Positions 1 through 11,842 of a stretch of 64,000 bases of DNA are shown piece by piece. How positions within the stretch are numbered: position 1 is the first letter of the stretch; every line of letters starts with the position of its first letter. The notes beneath the pieces are model-generated. The model did no database searches. It had not been told where the DNA came from and saw only the letters and a list, made by a program, of their open reading frames with translations. Origin of the DNA: Eledone cirrhosa. Lineage: Eukaryota. Position numbers and translations under genes: made by a program. Location of the stretch: positions 17,174,001-17,238,000 of the forward strand of contig OZ024763.1 in assembly GCA_964016885.1 (NCBI GenBank), written 5' to 3'.

Positions 1-170
1 TAACCACAGCTAGGTGTTGTGCTACAAATATAAGGCTTTCAGCCGCACACTTCAAAACACCTTGCTTAACTCTTCAGCATTCGCATTACTCTAGTATTGT
101 ATTTTTGCAGTAAAGGCTTTATCTCACATAATATGGAATCTATGAGATTTTGGTGATGTTATTATTTATT

Positions 171-286
171 TTGAGTTCAAATCCCGCCCAGGTTAACTTT
201 GCCTTTCATCTTTACGGGGGTCGATAAAATAAAGTACCAGTAATGCACTGGGGTAATTGCTGCCCTTGTGCCAAAAGTGGAAACAA
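171..286 (+). mobile_element. tRNA-derived SINE family A, 5'-truncated copy
   Basis: TGAGTTCAAATCCCGCC (B-box-like)...CTTTGCCTTTCATC...GGGGTCGATAAAATAAAGTACCAGT...CCTTGTGCC..AAGTRGAAAC; more than 10 near-identical copies in this window. Confidence 0.8.
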
Positions 287-287
287 T

Positions 288-686
288 TATTTATTTTGAG
301 AACAATACCATAACATTGGTATAAGCAGCTGGTTATGGCTGGTTTGAATAGAAAGATATGAGAGAATTCTGGCCAGATACGGCCGGTTTAAATGCTAAAG
401 GATTAAGCCATGTCCACAATATTGTTTGTTCCTTGATATCCTGTGTATTTCTCTTAAACTGACAATGCATTTACATTACTCAATATATATACTGCTATAT
501 TTTCATGATAAAGGCTTAATCTTACATAATTACCTCACATAATATCGAATCTATGATATTTTTATATTATTTATTTTGAGAACAATACCTTAACATGAGT
601 ATGTGTGGCCAGTTACAGCCAGTTAGAATAGAAAGATATGAGAGAATTCTGGGCGGATATGGTTGGTTTAAATGCTAAAGGGTTAA
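288..686 (-). mobile_element. Two remnants of a DNA-transposon-like end (TTAACCCTTTAGCATTTAAA on the minus strand)
   Basis: 288-406 and 565-686 are homologous to each other and to 32395-32920; the TTAA-CCCTT terminus resembles piggyBac-type ends (inference). Confidence 0.5.
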
Positions 687-849
687 ACTGACCATACATT
701 CTCATTCCTGGAAGATCTTCCTTTCTTTTCTCTTCAGTTCTTTGGTTAAACTCTTCTTTTCCAACCATTTCTACAGCATTTATACCCGTATCTTCTGCTG
801 CATATTACAACAACCCTTTGTCACTGTTTAACCAAATATTCCTTCCTTC

Positions 850-1076
850 CTTCATCCTCTCTTCTTCTTCTTCTTCTTTGCCTTCTTCGCCTTCTTCTTC
901 TTTGCCTTCTTCGCCTTCTTCTTCTTCTTCTTCTTCTTCGCCTTCTTCTTCTTCTTCGCCTTCTTCTTCTTCTTCTTCTTCTTCTTCTTCTTCTTCTTCT
1001 TCTTCTTCTTCTTCTTCTTCTTCTTCTTCTTCTTCTTCTTCTTCTTCTTCTTCTTCTTCTTCTTCTTCTTCTTCTT

Positions 1077-1107
<31 letters not shown>

Positions 1108-1270
1108 TTATTATTATTTGCCTTCTCCTTCTTCTTTGCCTTCGCCTTCTTCTTCTTCTTTGCCTTCACCTTCGCCTTCTTCTTCACCTTCGCCTTCTTC
1201 TTCTTTGCTTTCGCTTTCTTCTTCTTCGCCTTCTTCATTTTCTTCTTCTTCTTCTTCGCCTTCTTCTTTA
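850..1270. repeat. (TTC)n microsatellite with interruptions
   Basis: Seen directly; explains the poly-S/poly-K ORFs. Confidence 0.97.
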
Positions 1271-1641
1271 TCATCACCATCATCAGTATTAGTACTACCA
1301 TTGCTACAATGCCTAAGTCTTATAGGTGAGTAGAGATAATAAAATTGTTCAGTGTTGATGAGTTTCTCAAGTGTAATAGAACGGCAAAGTAATACTGAAG
1401 TAGACAGACTCAATTATTAAAACTAGATTGTATCGAGAGAGAGAGAGAGGGGGAGGGAGTGAGACAGAGAGAGAGAGAGACACACACACACAAACAGAGA
1501 GAGAGAGAGAGGCAGTGTGAGAGAGAGAGACAGAGAAGTGAAATTACTAGAGTAATATTTTTTATTGGGGTAAAAAATTGTATTTATTTCACCTAATTTC
1601 CAATTGATTTTTCTATTAAGGTGTTGGACAGTTGATCAGAT

Positions 1642-2278
1642 TGTCAGGCACTGACCTGAGTATTGCTACTGTTACTGTAGTGATGGTCACTTGAGCTGGT
1701 GTCAGGCACTGACCTGAGTATTGCTACTATTGCTGTAGTGATGGTCACTTGAGCTGGTGTCAGGCACTGACCGCAGTATTGCTACTGTAGTGATGGTCAC
1801 TTGAGCTGGTGTCAGGCACTGACCGGAGTATTGCTACTATTACTGTAGTGATGGTCACTTGAGCTGGTGTCAAGCACTGACCGCAGTATTGCTACTATTA
1901 CTGTAGTGATGGTCACTTGAGCTGGTGTCAGGCACTGACCTGAGTATTGCTACTATTACTGTAGTGATGGTCACTTGAGCTGGTGTCAAGCACTGACCGC
2001 AGTATTGCTACTGTAGTGATGGTCACTTGAGCTGGTGTCAAGTACTGACCGCAGTATTGCTACTATTACTGTAGTGATGGTCACTTGAGCTGGTGTCAGG
2101 CACTGACCTGAGTATTGCTACTATTGCTGTAGTGATGGTCACTTGAGCTGGTGTCAGGCACTGACCGCAGTACTGCTACTGTAGCTGTAGTGGTGGTCAC
2201 TTGAGCTGGTGTCATATTACTGATCAAAGTTTGTTGTTATTACTGCAGCTGTAGTGATGGGCACTTGAGCTGGTGACA
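1642..2278. repeat. Minisatellite of about 51-58 bp, about 11 copies
   Basis: Unit TGTCAGGCACTGACCTGAGTATTGCTACTATTACTGTAGTGATGGTCACTTGAGCTGG. Confidence 0.93.
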
Positions 2279-2706
2279 TAATACTCACCACAGACTAGTT
2301 ACTATGACTAGAGTCTTGCTACTGCTTCTACAGATGTAGGACTAGTGTCCGAAATGTTAAGACTCTTTTACTATATTAAGAGGGAAACTAATAATATATA
2401 TCTTCAACGTACTGTATCATTTGCTTTGTTATTTCTGTTTGCCTATATATTTTGCACATATATATATATACATACATATATACCCCCCCTCCCCCCACCC
2501 ACACACTTATATCATTCTCTCTCGACAAACCACAAACCCTCCATCTCAATTCTACTTTTGAAAAGCATAAGAACTGTGAAACCGGTAAACGAAATAAATA
2601 AATATTCTTAAAAGGATTCCAGTTGCATTTTCGATTTCTTTTCCTTATATATATATATATAGTTTAGCGAGGTTTTTTATATGAAATGGTGTGTCGAAAC
2701 AGATAT

Positions 2707-3087
2707 TGTTATATTTGGGGAGGGTCATATTTGCGTAATATTGCCAGAATTAATAACAGAACACACTTACTAAATAAATATATAGACAGACTGAATAAAA
2801 AAATGGCGTAGACATACAACACAACAGGAGGAACAATGAATATAACACCACTGACGATGTTGCAGATGTGCAACGAAAGATTTATGTAAACTATATATAT
2901 GTGTTTGTGTCTATATTGTATCTGTATTATTTTTGACCGCCGGTCAGTCAATGGCAACATTGAGGACCGAGTAAGTTAGATCGCAGATATAAAAGACAGC
3001 GAGAAGCGAAAACCAACCAAACAGTGAGTGTGTTCTGTTATTAATTCTGGCAATATTACGCAAATATGACCCTCCCCAAATATAACA
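2707..3087. mobile_element. Non-autonomous TIR element (MITE) with TGTTA...TAACA ends, possibly Ginger-type
   Basis: About 60-bp terminal inverted repeats (2707-2768 and 3026-3087) flanked by ATAT on both sides; solo ends at about 6590-6619 and 54153-54200. Confidence 0.7.
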
Positions 3088-3121
3088 ATATATATATATA
3101 TATATAATATATATATATATA

Positions 3122-3230
3122 CAATGATATTAAATAAATGGAAACTATATTTATAAAAGCCATATTTATTCTATTATATATATTTCAAGGGTACCAAAAA
3201 CTTTGATACGCTTTCATCAGATAAAATAGA
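3122..3230 (-). mobile_element. Penelope-like terminal remnant with hammerhead-like core
   Basis: Minus strand CUGAUGA-stem-GAAA-UAUA-UA followed by AATAAA; homologous to 56561-56668 (+). Confidence 0.55.
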
Positions 3231-3396
3231 ACATGTGTTTTATAAATTTTGACATAGCCAAGGAACATACCTAAACGGTTGAAGTTTTCCTTGGATATTC
3301 ATTGAATATTATACCCCAGAAAACTTGTTGGGTGCTCTGAATCAGTTATAAACATTTATATTTGTTGAATTACCAACAAATTGAATATCCCTTCTG

Positions 3397-3457
<61 letters not shown>

Positions 3458-3561
3458 AGGGAGTGTAACGTGGAGTTACTGTAGGTTCACCCGAGTGAGC
3501 ACTCGATATTTAAGTTCACTTCTGTGTGGAGGTGTAGAGCTAAACAGAGTGTATTATAGTA

Positions 3562-3731
3562 AGTATTGGTAGAGGGTTGGACGCCATGCTTTCTAGCATA
3601 GTTACGTCCCTTTACAGTCTGAGTTCAAATCCCGCCGAGGTTGACTTTGCCTTTCATCCTTACGGGGTCGATAAAATAAAGTACCAGTAATGTACTGGGT
3701 AATTGCTGGCCTTGTGCCTACAGTAGAAACA
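3562..3731 (+). mobile_element. SINE family A copy
   Basis: Same consensus as 171-286, including the 5' tRNA-like head. Confidence 0.85.
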
Positions 3732-3741
3732 CTTATAGTAA

Positions 3742-3819
3742 AATAAAACAAGGACGAGTGGTTACTCCTTCATTATGTTTATTAAACGTAATGGAGTAAC
3801 GACTCATCCTTGTTTTATT
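3742..3819. repeat. Imperfect palindrome, arms about 38 bp
   Basis: AATAAAACAAGGACGAGTGGTTACTCC...GGAGTAACGACTCATCCTTGTTTTATT. Confidence 0.85.
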
Positions 3820-3896
3820 CTATTAAATATATATATATATATCATCATCATCATCATCATCTCCATTTATCTTTATCTGTATACATTTCTATATAT

Positions 3897-3936
3897 CTAA
3901 TCCTTGTCTCTTTTCTTTTTCCTATTTCAGGTGAGT
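3897..3936 (+). promoter_or_regulatory. Strong 3' splice site immediately followed by a 5' splice site (candidate recursive splice site)
   Basis: CTAAT branch point, long polypyrimidine tract, then TTTCAG|GTGAGT. Confidence 0.55.
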
Positions 3937-4721
3937 AACATTGATATTTTCCTGTTTACCTTCAATGTCCAGTTTTATAAGGTTTGACATTTAATTCACT
4001 TTTCCTTCTTCATATATTAAATGTGACAAAACATGTTTTATCTATTAATGGTTTATATCCAACCAAATCTGTTCCGATCCGATCCGATCCGATCCGATCC
4101 GATCCAATCTAGGGCCGTCCCACTTTTGTTTCAGGGTGACCCACATCACTCTCTGTTTAACGGTGTAGCTTATATTATACATAAATGTAAACATTGTTAA
4201 ATTCTGAAGAGCTGATTTACCACGGTGCTGTTGCAAAATATTGGAAATTGAATATTTCTGATAAATCTTATTGGACTAGCATTTCTAGATTGTGTTTACC
4301 TGTAGATTGGTGAAACACCTGGCAACTTCTTTTTCTACCTTTTAAGGGTCTTCACTCTATTCCATAACATATTGGCACATGAGCACATCATTCTTTATAT
4401 TAATTTTATATTCTCAGTGCTTAAATGTCCGAGAGATCGGCTAAGTATCTTCTTGTTTATATATGTGTATATATATTATAAATACTTTCTTAACCCAGTT
4501 GTATGCTACCTGGGGTTTCAAAGGCTGCTCAAGCTTAGGTCATAGAGACACTGTGTCAGCTAGTGTTATCTTTCAGGCAAGGCTGAAAGATAACCAACAT
4601 AGTGTCACTATGACCTATGCTAGAATAGGCTCATTACAATATATTTTGGCACTGTATTTAATATAGAACACTCTTTTCCATTTATCTACTCTACAGAAAC
4701 CCTTGACACTATATATGTATA

Positions 4722-4772
<51 letters not shown>

Positions 4773-4847
4773 CGCACCATTTCCTTTCGCTATATGTCTC
4801 TGCACCACTCCCCTACACACCCTTTGAACTCTGTTCCCACACACTTC

Positions 4848-4882
4848 TCACCTGAGGAAGGGCTTATGCCCGAAACGTCGTT
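4848..4882 (+). ncRNA. Minimal hammerhead-like motif with weak helix I
   Basis: CUGAGGA-A-GGGC(UUAU)GCCC-GAAA-CG-UC; AATAAA about 40 nt downstream; lies in an insert between (TA)n tracts. Confidence 0.55.
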
Positions 4883-4969
4883 CCCCACCACCACCCCACT
4901 CTCCAGAGCGTGAAATTAATAAACATTCGTTGTACTGCCTCTCTGTTTTGTTCCTGTTCAAATTTTTCC

Positions 4970-5019
<50 letters not shown>

Positions 5020-5117
5020 TACACATTGCTTTTTTATTTTTTTTTCCTTCTCTCTCTGATAATGTATGTATGTGTCTATATATATATCTGTATGTGTGTA
5101 TGTTTGCAGATATATAT

Positions 5118-5271
5118 ACTCTTCTCCTCATTCCAGCCATCCGGCTGAGGCCATGCTGGGGAGCCGCCCTTAGAAATGCTTACAGCACCTAAGTTTCCCA
5201 AGGGGTCGCCCATCTAAGTACTAACCAGGCTCGACGTTGCTTAACTTCGGACGAGAACCTGTGTTTTCAGC
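5118..5271 (-). pseudogene. 5'-truncated 5S rRNA-derived sequence (5174-5271) with a SINE-like 3' tail (5118-5173)
   Basis: Minus strand GCTGAAAACACAGGTTCTCGTCCGAAGTTAAGCAACGTCGAGCCTGGTTAGTACTTAGATGGGCGACC...GGTGCTGTAAGCATT follows the metazoan 5S consensus with a 7-nt deletion. Confidence 0.88.
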
Positions 5272-5294
5272 TTATATATATATATGTCTATGTT

Positions 5295-5348
<54 letters not shown>

Positions 5349-5586
5349 TATGTTTGCATATATATATATGTCTATGTTTGCATATATATATATGTCTCTG
5401 TTTGCAGATATATATATATATATATATATATATATCTGTTTTCAGATATATATATATATATATATATGTCTCTGTTTGCAGATATATATATATATGTCTC
5501 TGTTTGCAGATATATATATATATATATATAGATATATATATATGTCTATGTATTCATATATATATATATATATATATATGTCTATG

Positions 5587-5622
<36 letters not shown>

Positions 5623-5724
5623 TCTGTTTTCATATATATATATATATATATATGTCTATGTATTCATATATATATATATATATGTCTCTGTTTTCATATA
5701 TATATATATATATATGTCTATGTT

Positions 5725-5768
<44 letters not shown>

Positions 5769-5849
5769 TATGTTTGCAGATATATATATATATATTTATA
5801 TGTCCATGTCTATTTTTTCATATATATATATATATGTCTCTGTTTGCAG

Positions 5850-5880
<31 letters not shown>

Positions 5881-5967
5881 TATGTTTTCATATATATATA
5901 TATATATGTCTATGTTTTCATATATATATATATATATATGTCTGTTTTCAGCATATATATATATATA
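5272..5967. repeat. (TA)n-based compound repeat with TGTCT(A/C)TGTTT(G/T)CA spacers
   Basis: Seen directly. Confidence 0.93.
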
Positions 5968-5968
5968 A

Positions 5969-6298
5969 AAGTATGTACACGTACATACATATATGTATAC
6001 AGACGTACAGTAGTATGTATATATACATACATGTACACATATATATATGTATGTATGGATTCACCGAACATTTATTATAATGCTCGGTGTGTTGGTAAAC
6101 AAACATCCCGTATTAAGCTGTAGTGTCTAGCAACCATCATTGCTCGTTTGTTCAACACTGACAAAGGAACGCTGTACTAGTTTCAAGCTTATTAGCTATC
6201 GTCAGCAACGTATGTATACCTTTCTGCCAGATTGTTGAACGTATATACTTACCTTATGCATATTAACGGCTGAGTAGCTCAATTTGCATATCGAGTGG
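5969..6298. repeat. Dispersed repeat of about 330 bp, unclassified
   Basis: Near-identical copy at about 31780-32108. Confidence 0.85.
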
Positions 6299-6342
6299 GT
6301 TAATTGGCCGGGTGCACCGAAAACGATAAACGGAAAAATATG

Positions 6343-6394
6343 CTTTGTTCTGTCCTACGCCATCTTGTTTTTGATGGCGTAGGATAGAACAAAG
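6343..6394. other. 22-bp near-perfect hairpin
   Basis: CTTTGTTCTGTCCTACGCCATC / 8-nt loop / GATGGCGTAGGATAGAACAAAG, with one G.U pair. Confidence 0.85.
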
Positions 6395-6719
6395 GAGAGG
6401 CACAAAAAACAAAAAAAAAATCCCCAGTCACTGAAGAGGTCACAGAATGTGTGACGAAAGAACTTTGACAATATATAAACAACCATCTGGTTGTGGAACC
6501 AACCAACCAACCGGAAATTTATAAATTCCTAAATTTATAAATTTATTATAATAAATTGAAGTGAAAGCAACTGGTGCGTGTGTTTCTTATTGGCAACATG
6601 ACCCTCCCAAAGTATAACAATATCGGCTTCAACACACGTTTTCAGATGAAGAATCTTGCGAAACAAATTCAGAAACGAAATATATATATATATATATATA
6701 TATATGAAAATATAAACAT

Positions 6720-7700
6720 ATATATATATGTCTATGTTTGCAGATATATATATGTGTGCCTATAGATGCCTGTATATGGGTGTTTGTGCATATATATATA
6801 TGTGTGTGTGCATATATATATATGTGTGTGTGTGTCTATCTATATCTGTGTATGTATATGTCTATATCTGTGTGTGTATGTCTATAACTGTGTGTGTGTG
6901 TATGTCTATAGCTGTATGTGTGTGTGTATGTCTATATCTCTGTGTGTGTGTATGTCTATAGCTGTGTGTGTCTGTCTATATCTGTGTGTGTATATGTCTA
7001 TATTTCTGTGTATGTCTGTCTATCGCTGTGTCTGCGTATGTCTATAGCTGTGTGTGTGTATGTCTATATCTCTGTGTGTATATGTCTATATGTGTGTATG
7101 TATATGTCTATATGTGTGTGTGAGAGCCGTAAGATATATAAACATCTCCCTGCTGTGTATATGTCTATGTATATGCGTGTATATGTCTATATCTGTGTGT
7201 ATGTATATGTCTATATGTGTGTGTATATGTCTAAATCTGTATGTATATGTCTATATATGTGTGTGTCTGTCTATATATGTGTGTGTCTCTCTATATGTGT
7301 GTGTCTGTCTATATGTGTGTGTCTGTCTATATGTGTGTGTCTGTCTATATATGTGTGTGTCTGTCTATATGTGTGTGTGTCTGTCTATGTGTGTGTTTCT
7401 GTCTATATGTGTGTGTGTCTGTCTATGTGTGTCTGTCTATGTGTGTCTGTCTATGTGTGTATGTCTGTCTGTGTGTGTATATGTCTATATGTGTGTGTGT
7501 CAGTCTATATGTGTGTGTGTCTGTCTATATATGTGTGTGTCTGTCTATATATGTGTGTGTGTCTGTCTATATATGTGTGTGTCTGTCTATATATGTGTGT
7601 GTCTGTCTATATATGTGTGTGTCTGTCTATATATGTCTGTCTGTCTATATGTGTGTGTGTCTGTCTATATATGTGTGTGTGTCTGTCTATGTGTGTGTGA
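6720..7700. repeat. (TG)/(TA)/TGTC compound microsatellite
   Basis: Seen directly. Confidence 0.93.
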
Positions 7701-7814
7701 GAGCTGTATATGATATCAGCTGTCATTCCTCTCAGATATCAGTGGAGTGTATTTAGATATTGCATGGCAGCCATTGGAGTTAGAGCAAGGGGGACTAAGT
7801 TGGACAGCTACACT

Positions 7815-8757
7815 GTGACAGGGTGACATGGTGACATGGTGGCATGGTGACATGGTGACACAGTGGCATAGTGACATGGTGACATGGTGGCATGGTGACA
7901 CAGTGACATGGTGACAGGGTGACAGGGTGACAGGGTGACACAGTGGCATGATGACACAGTGGCATAGTGACATGGTGACAGGGTGACACGGTGACACAGT
8001 GACATAGTGACATGGTAGCATGGTGACAGGGTGACACAGTGGCATAGTGACACGGTGGAATGGTGACACAGTGACATAGTAACATAGTGACATGGTGACA
8101 CAGTGACATGGTGACACAGTGACATAGTGACACGGTGGCATGGTGACACAGTGACATGGTGACACAGTGACATGGTGACACAGTGACATGGTGGCACAGT
8201 GACATGGTGACACAGTGACATGGTGACACAGTGACATGGTGACACAGTGACATGGTGACACAGTGACATGGTGGCACAGTGACATGGTGGCACAGTGACA
8301 TGGTGACACAGTGACATGGTGACACAGTGACATGGTGACACAGTGACATGGTGGCATGGTGGCACAGTGACATGGTGAGACAGTGACATAGTGGCCTGGT
8401 ATCTCAGTGACATGGTGACACAGTGACACGGTGACATTGTGACAGGGTGACATAGTGACACAGTGACAGGGTGACACAGTGACAGGGTGACACAGTGACA
8501 GGGTGACAGGGTGACACAGTGACATAGTGACACAGTGACAGGGTGACACGGTGACACAGTGACAGGGTGACAGGGTGACACAGTGACATAGTGACAGGGT
8601 GACACAGTGACAGGGTGACAGGGTGACACAGTGACATTGTGACACAGTGACAGGGTGACATAGTGACACGGTGACACGGTGACACGGTGACAGTGACAGG
8701 GTGACATAGTGACAGGGTGACACAGTGTCATAGTGACACAGTGTCATGGTGACACAG
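7815..8757. repeat. 8-bp GTGACA(CA/TG/GG/TA) tandem repeat
   Basis: Seen directly; explains the His/Cys/Val-rich ORFs. Confidence 0.95.
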
Positions 8758-8842
8758 CTCCACAGCTATTATCCTTCAAATCTTTCTCATATGCTTACTT
8801 TTCCAAACAATAAAAGTGTTAACTTAAAATAACAAGAATGTT

Positions 8843-8884
<42 letters not shown>

Positions 8885-8929
8885 AACATTCTTGTTATTT
8901 TAAGTTAACACTTTTATTGTTTGGAAAAG

Positions 8930-8944
<15 letters not shown>

Positions 8945-8960
<16 letters not shown>

Positions 8961-9545
8961 ATACATGTATGTGTGTATACATGTGTGTGTTTATACATGT
9001 GTGTGTGTATACATGTATGTGTTTATACATGTATGTGTTTATACATGTGTGTGTTTATACATGTGTGTGTTTATACATGTGTGTGTTTATACATGTGTGT
9101 GTTTATACATGTATGTGTTTATACATGTGTGTCTTTATACATGTGTGTCTTTATACATGTGTGTGTTTATATGTGTGTGTTTATACATGTGTGTGTGTAT
9201 ACATGTGTGTGTTTATACATGTGTGTGTTTATACATGTGTGTGTATACATGTGTGTGTTTATACATGTGTGTTTATACATGTGTGTGTTTATACATGTGT
9301 GTGTTTATACATGTGTGTGTGTATACATGTGTGTGTGTATACATGTGTGTGTGTATACATGTGTGTGTTTATACATGTGTGTGTTTATACATGTGTGTGT
9401 ATACATGTATGTGTTTATACATGTATGTGTTTATACATGTGTGTGTTTATACATGTGTGTGTTTATACATGTGTGTGTTTATACATGTGTGTGTTTATAC
9501 ATGTATGTGTTTATACATGTGTGTGTTTATACGTGTGTGTGTGTG
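8945..9545. repeat. 16-18 bp (TG)nTTTATACA tandem repeat
   Basis: Seen directly. Confidence 0.95.
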
Positions 9546-9630
9546 TGGTATATATGTATGTATGTATATATAATGATGACATTTTGTTTACATGGTTCTA
9601 TTGATTATTGATCTAGTATACAGAATATTA

Positions 9631-9672
<42 letters not shown>

Positions 9673-9726
9673 ATAGACAGACCATTAAGTGGTCCACACA
9701 TCCTTGTTCAGTTAATTCCTCATATA

Positions 9727-9770
<44 letters not shown>

Positions 9771-9962
9771 ACTTGCTTACTTGTGAGTTATGGCAGTTTT
9801 AATTAGCTATTTAACTACGAAGCCGCTATCTTAGCAAATAGCCAGTTAAATTGTTTTTCATTGAATATACTCTTTACATGCGATGTCGTCATCATCACTG
9901 TTTAACGTCCATTTTCCATGCTTGCATGGGTTAGATGGGCCGTCCATGTCATGACACAAGTT

Positions 9963-10002
9963 TCCCCTGATAATGGGTTTTTAACCCTGAAAATATTTGG
10001 GA
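9963..10002 (+). ncRNA. Minimal type-I hammerhead-like motif
   Basis: UCCC-CUGAUAA-U-GGGU(UUUUA)ACCC-U-GAAA-AUAU-UU-GGGA, then ATTAAA; G8A change in the core. Confidence 0.6.
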
Positions 10003-10182
10003 TTATTAAATTTGCTAAGGTAAGATTCGCTTGTTATCTTGCCACCTTTAATTTTCTAATGCATTGTATGGTTTTTAAAATTATTTAAATTTAAATTCAA
10101 AAATGCTTTAAGTAAACTACAACACTCTGTTATATATATATATATATGTGTGTGTATATATATATGTATATATATATATATA

Positions 10183-10350
10183 TGTAAATGTGGTTGGTGT
10201 TAGGAAGGGCATCAGCTGTAGAAGACCTGCCAGGTACAGCCCTATACGAGTGAGACACGGTCACCCAATCGATCTTGCCTCAAGTGCGACAATTCCTCGT
10301 CTAACCCATGCTAGCGTAGAAGATAGACGTTAAACGATGATGATGATGAT
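10183..10350 (+). mobile_element. RTE-type 3' end / SINE tail with (GAT)n terminus
   Basis: GGTGTTAGGAAGGGCATC...CTAACCCATGCTAGCGT..AAGATAGACGTTAAAC(GAT)n; many copies in the window. Confidence 0.75.
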
Positions 10351-10587
10351 ATATATATATATATATATATGTAAATATCTTTAAGTCGTTTGGAAGCCTC
10401 GACAATGCAAATGGGTAAATCTCCGGGTAACAAGGTCCGGTGGTGGAGAGAGAGATGTAAGTGGGTGTACGTTGAGATGCGTGGTGTGTATAAGATGTGT
10501 GAGATGTGTAGAATGAAGGGAAGAGTATAAAGGATAAAATAAAAATAACAACACAAGAGAGAGTTACCTTGGGAGAGATTTAATAGT

Positions 10588-10623
10588 CCCTATATATTTC
10601 GGATTCACATCCATCAACTGGGG
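10588..10623 (-). ncRNA. Hammerhead-like motif with variant core CAGUUGA
   Basis: CCC-CAGUUGA-U-GGAU(GUGA)AUCC-GAAA-UAUA-UA-GGG; stem II covaries with the copy at 56379-56414. Confidence 0.55.
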
Positions 10624-10661
10624 GTTTTTTTTCTGGGGTGGGGGAAAAGGTTGTCTGTCGG

Positions 10662-10710
<49 letters not shown>

Positions 10711-10841
10711 GTGAGGTTTTTTTTACAAAATGAAAAATAACCGAGGTGTCCTACACGAGTGAAAGTATAAAGAAAAAGAGATGAAATCGAAAATGCAACT
10801 GAAGTCTTATTTTTTTTTTAAATATATATATTTATTTGGTT

Positions 10842-10879
10842 CCTTTACCGGTTTCGCAGTTCTTCTGCTTTTCAAAAGG
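10842..10879 (-). ncRNA. Minimal type-I hammerhead ribozyme, U3:A8 variant
   Basis: CCUU-UUGAAAA-GCAG(AAGAA)CUGC-GAAA-CCGG-UA-AAGG, then AATAAA. Confidence 0.75.
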
Positions 10880-10932
10880 TGAGTTGAGATGGAGGGTCTG
10901 TGGTTTTTCTCATATATATATATATATATAAT

Positions 10933-11113
10933 AATTGTTTCTACTATTGGCACAAGGTCAGCAAATACTCAGTACATTACTGGTACTTTATTTTATCGAC
11001 CCCCGGAAAGGATGAAAGGCAAAGTTAACCTCGGCGGGATTTGAACTCAGAATGGCAAGGGCCAAAACTCTATGCGTCAAAGCATGGTGTCCGACCCTCC
11101 ACCGATGCTGCCA
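10933..11113 (-). mobile_element. SINE family A copy
   Basis: Reverse complement of the family A consensus. Confidence 0.85.
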
Positions 11114-11316
11114 AACTGAAGTTGTAGCCACAGTATAGAAGATACCAACTGACATGTTTGGGGCAGCCACAAAGCACTCAATTGTACGAAAAGGGATACA
11201 TTTTTTGTCCTCAGTAAACACACAAAGTCAGGAAAGTGTGAGACCAAGAATAAAGTATCCAATTGCATACAGCCATAATAAATAGCACAACATCGATAAA
11301 TACAAACAAGTCGAAG

Positions 11317-11385
<69 letters not shown>

Positions 11386-11571
11386 ACCAAAGATTAATAT
11401 GGTTTGTTGATTACTCAACGAATACAATTTTACAAATAAACAACCAATATATACTAAAAAATATATATATATATGTATATATATATATAATAAAATATAG
11501 AGAAAAATACTGCAGGTAGCACATGGATAACATGTAATAAAATGAGTCCCTCATCAGTGATTTGCCGACGA

Positions 11572-11630
<59 letters not shown>

Positions 11631-11633
11631 AAT

Positions 11634-11672
<39 letters not shown>

Positions 11673-11807
11673 AATGTATATATATATATAAATGTATATA
11701 TATATATATATGTATATATATATAAATGTATATATATATGTATATATATATGTATATATATATATGTATATATATATAAATGCATATATATATGTATATA
11801 TATATAA

Positions 11808-11842
<35 letters not shown>

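Noticed and set aside
1642-2278. Repeat with an internal hairpin (GTCAG-GCA-CTGAC) resembling a CRISPR repeat
   Set aside because: The intervening sequence is also repeated, so it is an ordinary minisatellite
5174-5271. Functional 5S rRNA gene
   Set aside because: 5' end missing, internal deletion, several substitutions, not in a tandem array
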